A stretch of DNA of 64,000 bases, taken from Okamejei kenojei. Lineage: Eukaryota. Positions 11,700-25,039 of the stretch are shown one piece after another. Each line of letters begins with the position of its first letter. The stretch's first letter is position 1. The translations under genes were made by a program, and so were the position numbers. Below the pieces are notes generated by a model. That model was not told the DNA's origin. It did no database searches and saw nothing but the letters and a program-made list of their open reading frames with translations. The stretch is from assembly GCA_035221665.1 (NCBI GenBank), contig CM069133.1, forward strand, positions 99,386,001 through 99,450,000, in the 5' to 3' direction.

Positions 11700-11988
11700 A
11701 ACGTAGTGCACGGGATCAAGAGGTTAACACGGTCACAAACATAATTGCGCCACTAGCGGTTAAATTCTCGTCAATCCTTCGACCAATGCTGTAGGAGAGA
11801 GGTCTTTCTCGATGGCGAGACAGTTTAACACATGGCTGAGATCCACAATGAACCAGTGCCGTTTCAACAACTTGGCTGTTCTTCATGTCCACAAAGAACA
11901 CACATCTTTGTTGGACTTAATCACAGTGGCAAATGAGTTTGTTTTGAAAAATGACAGTAGGAAGAGGAACCTTGGTGTATTCACCTAA
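11700..11988 (+). pseudogene. hAT transposase C-terminal dimerisation-domain remnant (Tip100/ZMYM1-like)
   Basis: Translates as ILVNPSTNAVGERSFSMARQFNTWLRSTMNQCRFNNLAVLHVHKE...VANEFV...*, carrying the ERSFS..LRSTM motif. Confidence 0.88.
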
Positions 11989-12328
11989 CAAGACTTCGGG
12001 AAAAACATGTAGTTTCGTCAAAACTTAATTGGACCTTATCACACTTCAATAAAGTCCTTCACTCATTCTTTTCTATATTTCCTTCTTTTCTTTCCCTTTT
12101 TATACCAAACACATACAAGTACAATTTGGCGGCATTGCGTTGAAATATATATTTCTAATGCATTTAAGATTTCCCCCGAGCAAAACATAATTTGTATGAC
12201 TTTGCAAAATCAGGAAATGTTATGATTATTTCTTTCTCTTTTTCCAACTGCAAACAAAAAAAATTGCACTTGAAATTATAACACATTTAAAAGTTTTTTT
12301 GTCAAATTTTCTGTACCGTGGAAGGCAC

Positions 12329-12673
12329 TAGTGGTGGTCGGGGGGTGGGCGGGGGGGGGAGGATGGGGATATATCCTCCCACTTTTCGAGGTGGGAGATG
12401 GCTTGCATTATTATCCCCCAGTTTTTGGAGGTCGAGCAAAAACAAAAATAATAATCACCGGCTCCTATCCCTCATGTAGGCCCTACTTTATCTTAACAAT
12501 ACTTCAAACAAAAAACATTGAAACCATACTTCTACAATGTACTAAAACACGATTTTAATACATCAAAGTCCCTGCCGTGGGAGGAGGGTTGCCCTCCTCC
12601 CTCACGCTCCCCCAAGGCCGATGATCAGTGATCGTTCAGCCCCCCCACTTTCAAAAACACTCTGCGGCCCCTG
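12329..12673. mobile_element. hAT-type terminal regions (right end ...GCGGCCCCTG at 12673)
   Basis: CAGGGGCCG-type terminus on the minus strand, with G/C-run subterminal blocks downstream of the transposase remnant. No TSD found. Confidence 0.5.
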
Positions 12674-13024
12674 ATACAAGAGACACAACGTGCTGGAGTA
12701 AGTTAACGGGTTAGACAGCATCTCTAACAGGAATAGGCAACGTTTTAGGTTGGGACCCTTCTTCAGATCTTCCTTCATTTGAAGTAGGGTCCTGACCTTA
12801 AATCTCACTTATCCATGTTCTCTAGAGATGTCTGACCTGCTGAGTTACTTCAGTACTTTGTAAGTTTTTTTGGTAAACCAGCATCTGCAGTTCATTGTAT
12901 TTTGTCTTTGGGCATACAGTAGATGCTTCTAAAATAATTCATTCTCAGTATTTCCAAAAAGGACAACTGATTTCTGGACACTGGACCTGGATTAGTTACA
13001 TTTGATTCCTCTCTAGGTCAGGCT

Positions 13025-14337
13025 CATTAATTGCTCATCAAATGGGGATAACTGGCATCAAAGTTAGTACTTTGCTGAACTTCCAAAAAGCCCACTGCGA
13101 CAGGAACATGGAGCATTCTAACACCTTTAGAAATGACTACATTTTCCACCACTCATTTCCCTACCATAAACCCTAATGACAAACACACGGAAAATCACAT
13201 CGACACTTTTTTCTACTTATTCACTTCAATAGATTACCAGTGAGATAATTATGAGGCAAAATGAGGGCAAGGAAATTCTTGCAAAGGAAGGTGGAGGGAA
13301 AAAAAATCAGAAGTGTGGTTAGCAAAAGTCATTCACACACATACATGCCAGGAATTAATTAAAGAGTAGCAACATTGGCAAACAATTCTAATGTACATTT
13401 GAAACAATTTTAACAAGTAGGAAATTATATGTTTAAACTGTTGGGTATAAAAATACATAAATATTTTGTTCAGTCTCTAAAATGTTGGTTTGATTTATTA
13501 TTTGTACCCTGTAGGACATGGTAGCTTGAAGATAGACACAAAATGCTGGAGTAACTCATCGGGTCAGGCAGCATGGCTAGAGAAAAGGAACAGGTGACGT
13601 TTCGGGTCAAGGTCCTTCCTCAGAATGATTGCAGGGGGAGAGAAGAAAGCTGGAAAAGGAGAGAGGCAGGACAAAGTGCGGCAAGTAACACGGGTGACGT
13701 TTTGGGTCGGAACCCTTCTTCAGACTGAAAGATAAAGGTCGGGGGTAGGACCAGAGGCGAGGAAAGGCCGGAACAAATTAGAGTAGGCACCGGATGACCT
13801 CTGGAAAGGTGGAGAAGGGACATGTTAGCTTCTTGCTTTCGACTGATTTGTTTAACGTCCTATTTCTGTAAATACTGGTAAGGGACACTCAGAAGCAAAC
13901 AGGGATGGGAAACGCCTGAAATGACTTTAATGACAACAATGTGTGACATTTCAATGTTTAACAGGTGCAAGATAACAAGTGAGGTGGATCATGTCTGAGG
14001 GTAGATCTGTACTTCTGATGAAGTATTTATTTTAAATTCCGCACATTCAAAATCAGGAATGCAAATAAGACCATTGGAATTACCCTCCAGGTGACAACAT
14101 CCGGGCAAAGAACCAAACATTGTAAATATTTGTAATTTAAATGTGTTTGTTTCGCAAAGCTTTTGGGTGGAATTTTGATTTCCTTAGAATTCCAGAAAAA
14201 TACTTTAGTGCTTGTAAAATATTCTAAATTTCTAAAGGTGTTAGAATGCTCTATGTTCCTGTCGCAGTGGGCTTTTTGGAAGTCCAGCAATGTACTGACT
14301 TTGATGCCAGTTATCCCCGTTTGATGAACATTTAATG
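13025..14337. repeat. 110-bp inverted repeat pair (13025-13134 and 14228-14337)
   Basis: Manual alignment gives 7 mismatches in 110 bp. Confidence 0.92.
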
Positions 14338-15612
14338 CTTGTAAAATATTCTTCAAATCTGAAAACCATTAACAATAAGTAAAGTTTTGATGAATGTGTG
14401 TAATTGTTCATTTTAATAAATCCAGTTCCATATGCCTCTGCATTACTTAGAAACCTCTTCCAGTAGCTCTTCTTTTCTTTCTCATGCTTGATGCCTGTTT
14501 GCTTTTGTAATTTGTCATGGCCCAATATCTTGCTGCGGCTGTCAATGTGAACTACTCAGGTAATTATTATTCCTTGGAACATAACATATTTGTTTTCTGA
14601 ATCTGTTACATAAAGATATGATGTAAATAACTATTTGGAGATGGCACCAAAGCTTTGAAGGACCAAGAGGACAAAACAGCACATTGAGAAGATATGTTTG
14701 ATTTCTCAATTGAAAAATACTCCCTGGGATAGATTGTTCTTCTGTGGCTGAAGGGAACATTTTACAGGGAAACTTTTCTTAGACTGTTCCTAAACTATTC
14801 CTAAACAATCCTTTATTTGTTTATTATATCATCTATTGAGTATTGTGTTTACAGGCCCAATGGTGCTGCTGCTGCTGGTAGGAGTTTCATTGGGACGTGA
14901 GGCAATAAAACACTCTTTATTTCTCTCTTTCTCTGTCTTCCCTCTATACTCTCAGTTCTGATGCAAGTTCTTGGTCCAAAACATCAACGATTCTTCTACC
15001 TCCATAGATGCTGCTTGACCAACCACGTTCTGCCAACATCTCCAAGATGCACACCATTCTGACTTGAAAATGTATTAGCATTTCTTCACTGTCACAGGGT
15101 TTAAACCCAGGAATACTCTATTCAACAGAACTTTGGGGTGCATTGTTAGAAGGAGAATCACTGTGGTTCAAGAGGACAGGTACATGGATAGGAAAGGTTT
15201 AGAGGGATATGGGCCAAACACCGTGCAGGTGGGACTAGTGTAGGTGGTGCATCTTGGTCGGCATGGGCAGGTTGGGTGGAAAGGCCTGTTTCAGTGTTGT
15301 ATGACTATGACTGCGATCAGTGATGGAAATTGCTATAAAAACATGGAGGGGACCAGGGGACGGGGGGACACAATTTCTTGGCGGCTGCACGCGCATGCGC
15401 ACACATACACACACACGAGGCATCGGAAGCTTCAACCGTGCGTCCTGTGAACGGTAATTAGCTCAGGATTCTTCCAGTTTCCAGCCCCTCGACGCGGATG
15501 CTACTAAGGGGCCGTTACCGTTAGAATGCGCCAATTAGTGCAGATCTGTACCACAGATTTAAAAAACACTGGACATCATGCTGGACAACATAATATAGGA
15601 CTGTCCTATATA

Positions 15613-15955
15613 AATTTCAAGAAGATTGGTCAAGCATGATTTTCCTTTCATAAATCCATGCTGACTTGGACTAATCCTTTTAGTGCTATCCAAATGCCCC
15701 ATTATTACCTCTTTAATAATTGACTCCAGCATCTTTCCCACCACCAAAGTCAGGCTAACTGGTCTGTAATTCTCTGTTTTCTCTCTCGCTCCTTTCTTGA
15801 AAGTGGGACAACATTAGCTATCCTCTAATCCACAGGAACTGATCCTGAATCTATTGAATCTATGGAAAATGATCACGAATGCATCCACTATTTCTAGAGC
15901 CACCTCCCTGAGGACCCTGGGATGCAGACCATCAGGCCCAGGGGATTTATCATCC
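15613..15955 (-). mobile_element. Internal CR1 ORF2 fragment nested in the hAT element
   Basis: VVGKMLESIIK..SQHGFMKGKSCLTNLLE; similar to 58075-58400. Confidence 0.88.
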
Positions 15956-17068
15956 TATTATTCTATTCCCTTAGATCCTCTGTCAACAACTTAGAAATAG
16001 GACTCTAAAAACAGAGCAAGCTTTAAAACTCACTTTAAAACACGCATTTGATTTCCACAGCGTGTATCAACAACTGATCAGTCATAAATACACATTGTTA
16101 GAAAGTGCAGCGATATTGAATCCACGCTGCAGGCAGTATTGAAAGTAAATTATTCATCCAAACTGCAGAAGATTGCGGCCTGAAGACCTGAAGCAGCACC
16201 CATTCCCTCTCTCCAGAGATTGCTGCCTGACCCACTCAGTGACTCCAGCTATGTGTGTCTATCTTCTGTTTCTGGTGTCCCCGCTGAGCTTCTCCAGCAT
16301 TTTCTCGGCAGGGACAAAACTGCTGAAGATACTCACTGGGGACAAAACTGCTGGAGAAACTCAGCGGGGAGTCCCCACTGAGTTTCTCCAGCAGTTTTGT
16401 CCCCACTGAGTTTCTAGAGTTCTGAGTTTCTCCAGCAGTTTTTTGCCCGCTGAGTTTCTCCAGCAGTTTTGTCTACCTTCGATTTTCCAGCATCTGCAGT
16501 TCCTTCTTAAACAGTATTTCATCAAGTTGAGATAAACATTAGATACTGCAATTGAGACTGGAAAATCATGCTATAACGATATGATGTCGGATCTCGTGAT
16601 TAGCTAGCTAGATCTAGAATGAGGTGAAATTGATGAAAATGAGACTGAATCTTACTGAATCTAACCTAAATAAGTGCAAGTCCCGGGTAAATTATATGAT
16701 TAAGTAACATTCTTTCATGCTATCACTGAATAGGAACGGGCTGCTCGCACATAATATGGTAGATTTTCTGCAGTTTCTTCCATGCAATAATATTCATACA
16801 AAATATTAAAAAGCAAAATGAGAAAAGATAGGTAGGAGCAGAAATTTAAATAAACCTTTTGGAAAGTGGTACCCGCACGAAAAATGAATGTAGTGTTCTT
16901 TGTCTCTCATTTTGAGATGAAGTATTGTTTGGATGCCTTCTCTTCAAACATCTCCGCATTGGACCGCCAGACATTTCGATATTCACAAAGGGTCTGAAGA
17001 AGGGTCTCGAACCGAAACGTGGCCTATTCCTTCTCTACGTAAACCTACCTCCAAAGTTCAAATGATAA

Positions 17069-17486
17069 TTGTACCCACATCCTACAGTTTTAAATGCATC
17101 TCCTGTTAATTTTATTCAAAGGGACGCGTCATACTTGAAGCAAGGTCAGTTCACACAATTATATTATTAGGATTAATGAATGGATATCGATGTAGCAGTT
17201 AACAATGACAGTTAACACATCGTTTTCGTGAACTGACCTTGCTTCAAGTATTTCGCGTTCCTTTGAATAAAATTAACGGGAGATGTCATTAAAACTCAGA
17301 TGCGGGTACAACGATTCGAGGCGTTTAACACTTAATTCCTCTGACTCACGAAAACGATGTGACACAATTATAATTACTAAGGATGAAGGAATGGATATCG
17401 ATGTAGCAGTTAACAGTGACATAGACAGTTAACACATCGTTTTTGTGAGTCAGAGGATTGAAGTGTTGAACGAACGACTCGAATCG
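17069..17486. repeat. Compound inverted/direct repeat A-B-A'-C-B-C'
   Basis: A (17069-17154) is inverted to 17228-17311; C (17312-17361) is inverted to 17433-17486; B (17152-17231) is repeated directly at 17362-17448. Confidence 0.9.
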
Positions 17487-18983
17487 AACGACTCGACTCG
17501 AAACGAACAACTACTTATTAAACCTGACATACTTTACAAAGCTTGTAATGTGGGGGGGGGGACCGTCCCCATCTCTGAAAACATGGACACGTCCCCCCTG
17601 GCCTCCCCGGGATTTCTGCCAATGACTGCGATGCACTTCCTAGAACCATTCTCACGCATTCTCACGCAGCCTGATGTCAAGCAAGAGGTGGTGCCTAGTT
17701 CTCGACTGCAGGTGAAACATAAGCTGAGGATGACAAGAGGAAAAAAAGGAAAAATAGAATAAAAGTTGTAAGATAAAATCATTTCGCTAATGAATTACCA
17801 GCACGTCAGCAAAGGAATTTGACAAATAATTCAATGTGAGCAGATTGCAACTTGGACAGTTTTTGCCAAGTCTTTGATCTTGCCATCTGCTGCTGTTGGC
17901 TATGTTTCCTTAATATCAGCTCACAATATTGAAAATAATATATGTTGTGTTGTAAGCTAATTCTATAAACTGGAAATTAAAGGCATCTTGTAAAATCTAT
18001 TTAGGTGATCAACGCTACCCTGTGGAAACCCAAACTATTGAGTCAGGATAGAGTGAAGCCGCCCTATAAACATTTACCTAATCATAATAATTCATTCAGC
18101 AAGTCATTACCTGGCAGCAGTCAAGTCAATAAACAAACACATTTTAAACAATGAGGTTCTTAAGGACCAGGGAAAGATACTGAGGCAGGATGGGCAATTT
18201 CCCAAAAATAATCCTACATCTCATTGCCTACTGAATATATTAAAACACGACAGCTGTTGCCACCACAAACTCATCCTTCCTAATTTTTTACTGTTTCTGA
18301 TTGTTGTTGGTTTTGTGCCAACTCATCTATTATTTCCAGTGAAAAAGCCATGGGAATAGCAATGGCAAGATTAACAAAATGTATAATCGTCACAATAATT
18401 TTGCACAAAAAAAGATTAAATATAAAAATAGGATATATTCAATAAAAACAATTTATGAGAGGTTTCATGAAGACTTTATCCACAGTCTGACGAGATATAC
18501 GATTCTTTACACTTCAGCTTCAGGAGACTGAGTGCAGCTATCATTTTGTCACCTGTCAATTAATTGCCTGTAGTTCCCAGTTGATTTATGAGATTCTTTT
18601 GTAAACAGTATATATTTTTTGATTTGTGCAATTAGAAATTCAAGTTGAAAAATGCCTCTACTGTTAGATGATTTGAGTTTTGCCACTAAATGGAAGTCAG
18701 AAAATAGACACATTTCACAAATGTCTTCAACAGATTTATATCTTCTTTTTAGTTTTGCACAGTGGCCTTTAACAAAAATGTGAGCTTCTGTAACAATCCG
18801 CTTGGGAACTTATGCGTGGGGGTATAATGTTTATTCTTCTTCCCAGTTAGAATTTTCTGAACTTCCGCTTTTGAAAATGCACAGATCGTTTAGACTGATT
18901 TGGGTGAGGGCTCTGTGACAGATAGGATTGTAGTGCATTTTTGGAAATGAGTGCCTGTTGGCTAGCAACTAGAAATTCTTCCT

Positions 18984-19278
18984 TTAGTTTAGTTTAGTTT
19001 AGTTTGGAGATACAGCATGGAAATAGGCCTTCAGCCCACTAATTCCGTGCTCACCAACAATCACCTAACACTAGTTCTATCCCAGGGACTATTTACAGAA
19101 GCCAATTAACCAACAAAACTGCATTCCTTTGAAATGTGGGAGGAAACCAGAGCACTCAAAGAACACCCACGGGGTCACAGGGAGTACATACAAACTCTGT
19201 ACAGACAGCATTCGTAGTCAGGATTGAAACCGGGTCCCTGGCACAGTAAGGCAGCAGCTCTACCACTGCACCACTGTG
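18984..19278 (-). mobile_element. HE1/V-SINE-like SINE, near full length
   Basis: (TTTAG)n tail at 18984-19004; V-domain and tRNA-like head on the minus strand. Confidence 0.8.
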
Positions 19279-19484
19279 CACAAATTATAGGCATTGCATT
19301 ACATTATTACAAATTACATGTTTATTTATATCTTATTATTTGAATATGTTATGTTTTGGGTGGGAACCCTTCTTCAGCCACCTATCCATGTTTTCCAGAG
19401 ATGCTGCCTGACCTGCTGAGTTACTCCAGCACTTTGTGTCCTTTTTTGTACCTGCAGTTCCTTCTTTCTTCCTATCATTCTGAT

Positions 19485-19880
19485 AAACCTCCTCTGCACC
19501 CTCTCCAAACCTTCCACATGTTGGGGCAATCAACATTGCACACAATACTCTAAATGCTGCCCAGTCAAAGTTTCATACAGCTGTAAGATGACTTCCTGAT
19601 TCTAAAATGCAGTGCTCTGATCTATGAAGATAAGCATACCATACATCTTCTTTACTACTATATCTTTTTTGTGTTGCCACTTTCAGGGAACTTGGACCCC
19701 AAGATCCCTCTGGACGTCAGAGTTGAGGGGCCTACAATTAACTGTATATTTTCCCCTTATATCTGAGCTCTCAAAGTGCAACGACTCCCACATGCTCAGT
19801 TTAAAGTTCATCTGCCATTTCTCTCCAAATATCTGTAACTGATCTATATCCTGCTGCATCCTTTGATAGCCTTCTTCACA
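19485..19880 (-). mobile_element. Old CR1 LINE fragment
   Basis: Minus strand gives MQQDIDQL..KWQMNF...QRDLGVQV. Confidence 0.75.
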
Positions 19881-19962
19881 GTCTGCAACTCCACCAGGAT
19901 CAGGGACTAGAAATTGCATCTCTTCATGCCACTTATGGGCAGCCAGAGCTGGAGCATTTCCC

Positions 19963-20248
19963 TGTTTGGAGATACAGCATGAAAACAGGCCATTTGGCCC
20001 ACTGAGTCCATGCCGACCAGTGATCACCCTGTACACTAGCACTGTCCTACACACTAGAGACAATTTACAATTTTTACCAAAGCCAATGAACCTCGTCTTT
20101 GGAGAGTGGGAGGAAACCGGAGACCACAGAGAAAACCCACGCGGTCACAGGGAGGATGTACAAAGTCCATACAGTCTGCACCCATAGTCAGGATCGAACC
20201 CGGGTCTCTGGCGCTGTAAGGCAGCAACTCTGCCACTGTGCCACTGTG
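19963..20248 (-). mobile_element. HE1/V-SINE-like SINE
   Basis: Same family as 18984-19278; B-box-like GGTTCGATCC on the minus strand at ~20190-20199. Confidence 0.82.
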
Positions 20249-20661
20249 ACACCCGTGCCTCTGTTAGGGGTCCTTAGAAAATTGTACTGACTATCAACTC
20301 ACAAGTTCACACACGTTGCAGCGATTTTAAAATGCTACATGGTGATTAAGTATGTCAGAGTGAACTAAACCTCCTTCCCAATCTAATAGGAATAACCAAC
20401 TCCCTCATCCGCTGTCTTGCGGGAACGTCCTTGCTCCACAACAACCCTGCTCCTGCTGATGACCATTCACATTGTATTTTGGCAGTTAATAAATTACTAC
20501 TCCCTCATCTTGAGCAGCAGTTTGAAGACTTCCATTTAAATGATTTGCCTCTTCGATCATGATCCTAATCCTCATGCGAGCTTTCTAGTTTGGGCTCTGA
20601 ACTGACAGATTACTCTTTTATTTCAAACTAGTCTTTCAAAGTGATTCTCAATATATGAGGA

Positions 20662-21358
20662 CCGGGTGGCGCCACCAGCAGTGGCTGCCTCGCCAACAGT
20701 ATTCAGTATGTGTTGAAAAAGTATGTTTTAGTGTTCCTTGGTTTGTTTTACGTGGGGGGTGGGGGAAACTTTGGGGGAAACTTTTTTTTTCAATCTCTTA
20801 CCTCGACGGAGATGCAATTTCTTTCCATATCATATTTCTGTCCTCACCGTGGCCTAACATCGTGGAGTTCCTGGAGACCGACTCGGCGCTCCAAGCTGCA
20901 GGAGTCTGCGGGACTTTAACATCGCGGAGCTTGTGATCCCTTTACCAGGGATCAAAGCTCCAACTGCAGGGCCTGTGGAATTTAACATCATGAAGTCCGC
21001 GGTCTATGGTACGAAGAGGCCGACTTGTGAGCTCCATGCCGTGGAGAGAGTGTCAACTGCCCCAACGCGGGAGTTTCGATCACCTCGACGGGGGCTTCGA
21101 TCGTTGTCTGCAGGGGCTTTGATCGCCCCAACTGCAGATTGAACTTTATTGCCTTCCATCACAATGAGGAATGTGGAATCCATTGTGATGGATGTATATA
21201 TTAACCTTTACAGTATGTGGTTGTATGACTTGTTGGTTTGCATTGTATATATTAACCTTTACAGAATGTGGTTGTATGTCTTGTGGCTGTATGGTAACTC
21301 AAATTTCACTGTACCTTAATTGGTACATGCGACAATAAACTGACCTTGAAACCTTGAC
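20662..21358 (+). mobile_element. Non-autonomous retroelement with a Rex/L2-like 3' tail
   Basis: CpG-rich body ending in AATTTCACTGTACC...GACAATAAA plus a (CCTTGA) repeat tail, like the Rex tails elsewhere in the window. Confidence 0.55.
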
Positions 21359-21660
21359 TAAGAAGATATTAATTTGACTCAAATTGATAAATATAATCAT
21401 TGAGGCGTTCTAACACCTTTCAAAGTCTGCATTCTTCTGACTTAAAAAAATGATAAAGAATGGCGAGAAAATGGCACTTAATCCATTGTACATTAGAACA
21501 TGAAAGACTACTTGACATTTCATAATCGCCAACTAATTATGTATAACCTGCTGGTTTCCATCAAATTTACAGTTACATTGAAACATGCAACACTTGTGAA
21601 AGTGATCCCACAATAGGCTGCTGTTCAAGAATGACAAAGTAGGAAGGGAAACTTGAAGCA

Positions 21661-21680
21661 ACCGCCACAAGATGGCAGAA
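21661..21680 (+). promoter_or_regulatory. Candidate CTCF-binding motif
   Basis: CGCCACAAGATGGCAG closely fits the CTCF core CCAC(C/T/A)AG(G/A)TGGC(A/G), in sequence that does not look repetitive. Confidence 0.4.
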
Positions 21681-24600
21681 GATACTTCTCAGTAACACAC
21701 ATTGCATATTTACCATGTTGGGAGATGTAGGAGTTGGGGCTGGTGGTGCTAGGATCAGCGGAATGGTGCATCCCAGTGAAAGAGTTAAAAAAGCTAAGAG
21801 CATCAATACAGCTTCAAAACTCAGCTGGAACAGATTGTAAGCCAAAAGGTACAGTAAACAAACCCTTGCAGCAAAGTTTGAGTTTACCATATTGAATATC
21901 AACTCATAACTCTACATATACATTACAGTGCTTTCTAAATGCTACAAACCGATTACCATATCAGGGTGAACGGTGGAGATCAGATTACGTCATTTTTCCG
22001 CATAACTCAGTGTCTAAACACAAACTTATAGGTTAAAAAAACACTGTTCAGTTCATTCTTCCCGGAACATAAATTAGTCACAACGTTAATTGCAATAGGC
22101 TTTTCCATTTTAGAGAAGATTATATTGTCAGAATAGTGTTTTATACATGAAAGTTAAAAAAAGAGATGCTGAAAATCAAAAACAAAATTCTTGATATGTT
22201 CTTTAATCAGTAAGAAGCAGGATTGCTTCTTTCGTCATATTGATTTAAAATGTTCCTGACATGTTGGCAATACTGGAAGTCCAGATTGATTGTTATCAAT
22301 AGTTGGCCTGAGCAGGTGATGGAGGGCCGCCTATATCTAGCATAGGTCTCCTTATGCCCACAGTGCACATGTACTGGAGCTCCGTAGAAAATTCCATGTG
22401 ATGATGACAGAATGGGGACATATGTCAAGGCACATGAACTGAAAGACAACTGGAAATAACATTACAATGCTGCATTTCCTGTGGTAAAGGTAATGGTATT
22501 CCCATTGAAATACATTGCTATGGTGGAAGTCTCAATGCTAGACATTACTTAAATGAGACTTTGGACATGGAATCCATCTTCTTATCGAGTCCACACACAA
22601 GATTAGAAGTTGTTCGGCCACAGCTAAGCACACTTCTCGGCATCTGCATATAATGGTGTCTGCTTGCGCTTCTTGTGCTTCTTGTGAGTGGTGGTGGAAA
22701 GATTGGTGAAAACAGGGCTGACCTGAATGCTCTTTCCTTGACCCCATTGAGTCCATGAACATTGATCAAGCAAAGTCATCTGAGTAAATTGATACCTACT
22801 GCCTAGCTCATTTGTCAATGTGAATATCCAGGCAATGACAACAGTAATTCTCAGTCTTTCTGGAATGATTGCTAATATTTAGTTAGATCATTAATTAGCT
22901 TTGGCACATCTGGAGAGATAATTTTTAACTTGATCTACTATCATGACTTGGGAGAAGATCTGTAAAGACCTATTTGCTCTGAGACGCTGCTGAACTTCTG
23001 CCATTTTTTATGGCTGTAAGTTGAGAGTATAATCAACAAAGTTCTGAGAACTGCTGGATCTGCACTAATACCGTACATAATGAAATCAAAGGAAAGAGAG
23101 AAATGCCGCTTTATTGTCCTGGCTTTTCAGACAACTTTGTAGAAGCTAGTTTAAAGATTCTGTTCTCCCTGCCAAAGGCATGTTCAACTTTGATATTATA
23201 TCGAATTATCCCTAAAGTGTTTTTTTTGGGCTAAACTCATTGCTCTATTGGAAATCAGTGCTGAGAAATGAAGCACCTAATTCTCTAGGCATGTCCAACT
23301 GCTAATGTATCTTATATTTTTCGGATTTTATATAACTTATTATTTTAATCAACGAAATATTGCTCATATATGGAATAGCAGATGCATGTTTAAATGTCTA
23401 TGATGCAACTATTGAAATATCCATCCAATCGTGTTTCTGTTTCCTCAATACATAATACATACACACCCTAAATAGTCTTATCCCACTAATCAAAGCCTGA
23501 AATATTCAAAGATGAATTGGCAATAGCTTAGGATGTAAAACAATATTTCATGGATGTGAAGAGTGCCAGCAAAACCTGTAATTATTTCCTCTCTTCATTT
23601 GCTCCTTACACATAGTGGCCTTTCACAAGATAAATAAGAATCAATTAAATTGGTGGGTTAGAATCATATATGGATCAGACTGGGTAATTATGAGAGATTT
23701 TGTTCCTTACTGAACATAAGTGAACTCAATGCATTTCACTATAATCTGGTACCTTGTTCGTCACTATCGAAAACTTCTCAGCGTTCTCCCCAGCCTCTCA
23801 TCACAACTGCCGCTTACCCAGGTTCTTTCTGGAGTGGAAGCTCCACCTGCTGATATGTGGGATGCATGGGGGGAACGTGATGCATTGGTTTAAGGAAATC
23901 TTTGAAACTATGGAGAGATTTTGCATATTTAGCTCTTAGATGGAGATCTGCAAGGTTTATGAGTGAGATTGGTGAAGGCTATGATATTTATGGCAAAGAA
24001 AATGAAGGAAAAACGTTTATTTTTTTAAAGGAGTGATACTTCTGGACTTCACAACAATTTTGTTGGCTCTCAATATTATTTATTCTTACTATTTAAAATC
24101 TTCCCAGCGAGGTTAAAAAGGAATGTAAATTAAACTAGCTGTCAAGATAGAGAACCATTTTGGGCAAAGATGCAAGAACCAGAATACTACACAATGCAAC
24201 AGTCATTATAGCTAAATGGCTTCGTTCAAGTATAATAGTTTGTCACTAATTGTTCATCCCTTAGAATTAAATGGAGAAAACCAAGAAGGTAATCAGTAAG
24301 GAATTTATAAAACACTTTAATATGTATTTAATTTGTGTATTATTTCCCAAATTGCAAGGAAGGATGAAGAAATTCCCCGGGGAAAGGAACTAATAAAGTT
24401 CAGCTCCAAGAATGTCTTTCCAAGATGTTACAGAAGTCTTGGAAGGTCAGGTATGAAGGAAGTTATGTCAGCATAAACCTCTTTGTAGTTGCATTCTGCA
24501 GGTGCTCTGCCACTCACTATTACTGTCTCTTTTGTAGATCATTACAACCTGTGTAACATCTGTTACTTTCTAACTGAGGTATCTTACTGTGACAAGTTGA

Positions 24601-25039
24601 CCTCGAGGTTATGTGTTCCCGTCTGCTGGAAAGGATTTGGGATGAGTTCTCTGATTTCAGTATCAGCAGTGCACACATAAACATCCTCCCCTTTATTGTC
24701 TGATGCATGGAAATCTTTGTACCAGGCTGGCATGATAAATCTGTTTCAAACTTGTCAGGCTGATTTCTTGCAAGTCAATGTTTGTCCACCTACCTCAAGT
24801 TAGCATCTGCAGACAGTTTAACTCATCTCTCAAATATTTCCAATGGGACTACAAGTAACTTATCTATGTCATACCGTAAATATGAGATGATAAGCAAAGG
24901 TAACTTACATATTTCAGCAAATTAAACAAATCATCTGAGCCATCCCACAGATGATGTTAACAATGATGTTGATACAATGAATTGCAGATGCTGGTTTGCA
25001 AAAAGAACAATACAAAACAATAGTGTATTTGTGATTGTA

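Larger units (their letters stand above)
15318..17624. mobile_element. Non-autonomous hAT element with nested insertions
   Basis: Perfect 8-bp TSD ACTGCGAT (15310-15317 and 17625-17632); imperfect TIRs CAGTGATGGAAAT and CATTGGCAGAAAT (reverse complement). Confidence 0.85.

Noticed and set aside
13025-14337. A 1.3-kb TIR transposon
   Set aside because: There is no TSD around the outer ends; the duplication brackets only the right arm.
21573-22818. Short minus-strand ORFs (a hydrophobic 109-aa ORF and a KKHKKRK-containing ORF) as host exons
   Set aside because: I recognise no homology and see no consistent splice structure. They cannot be fully excluded without BLASTX or RNA-seq.
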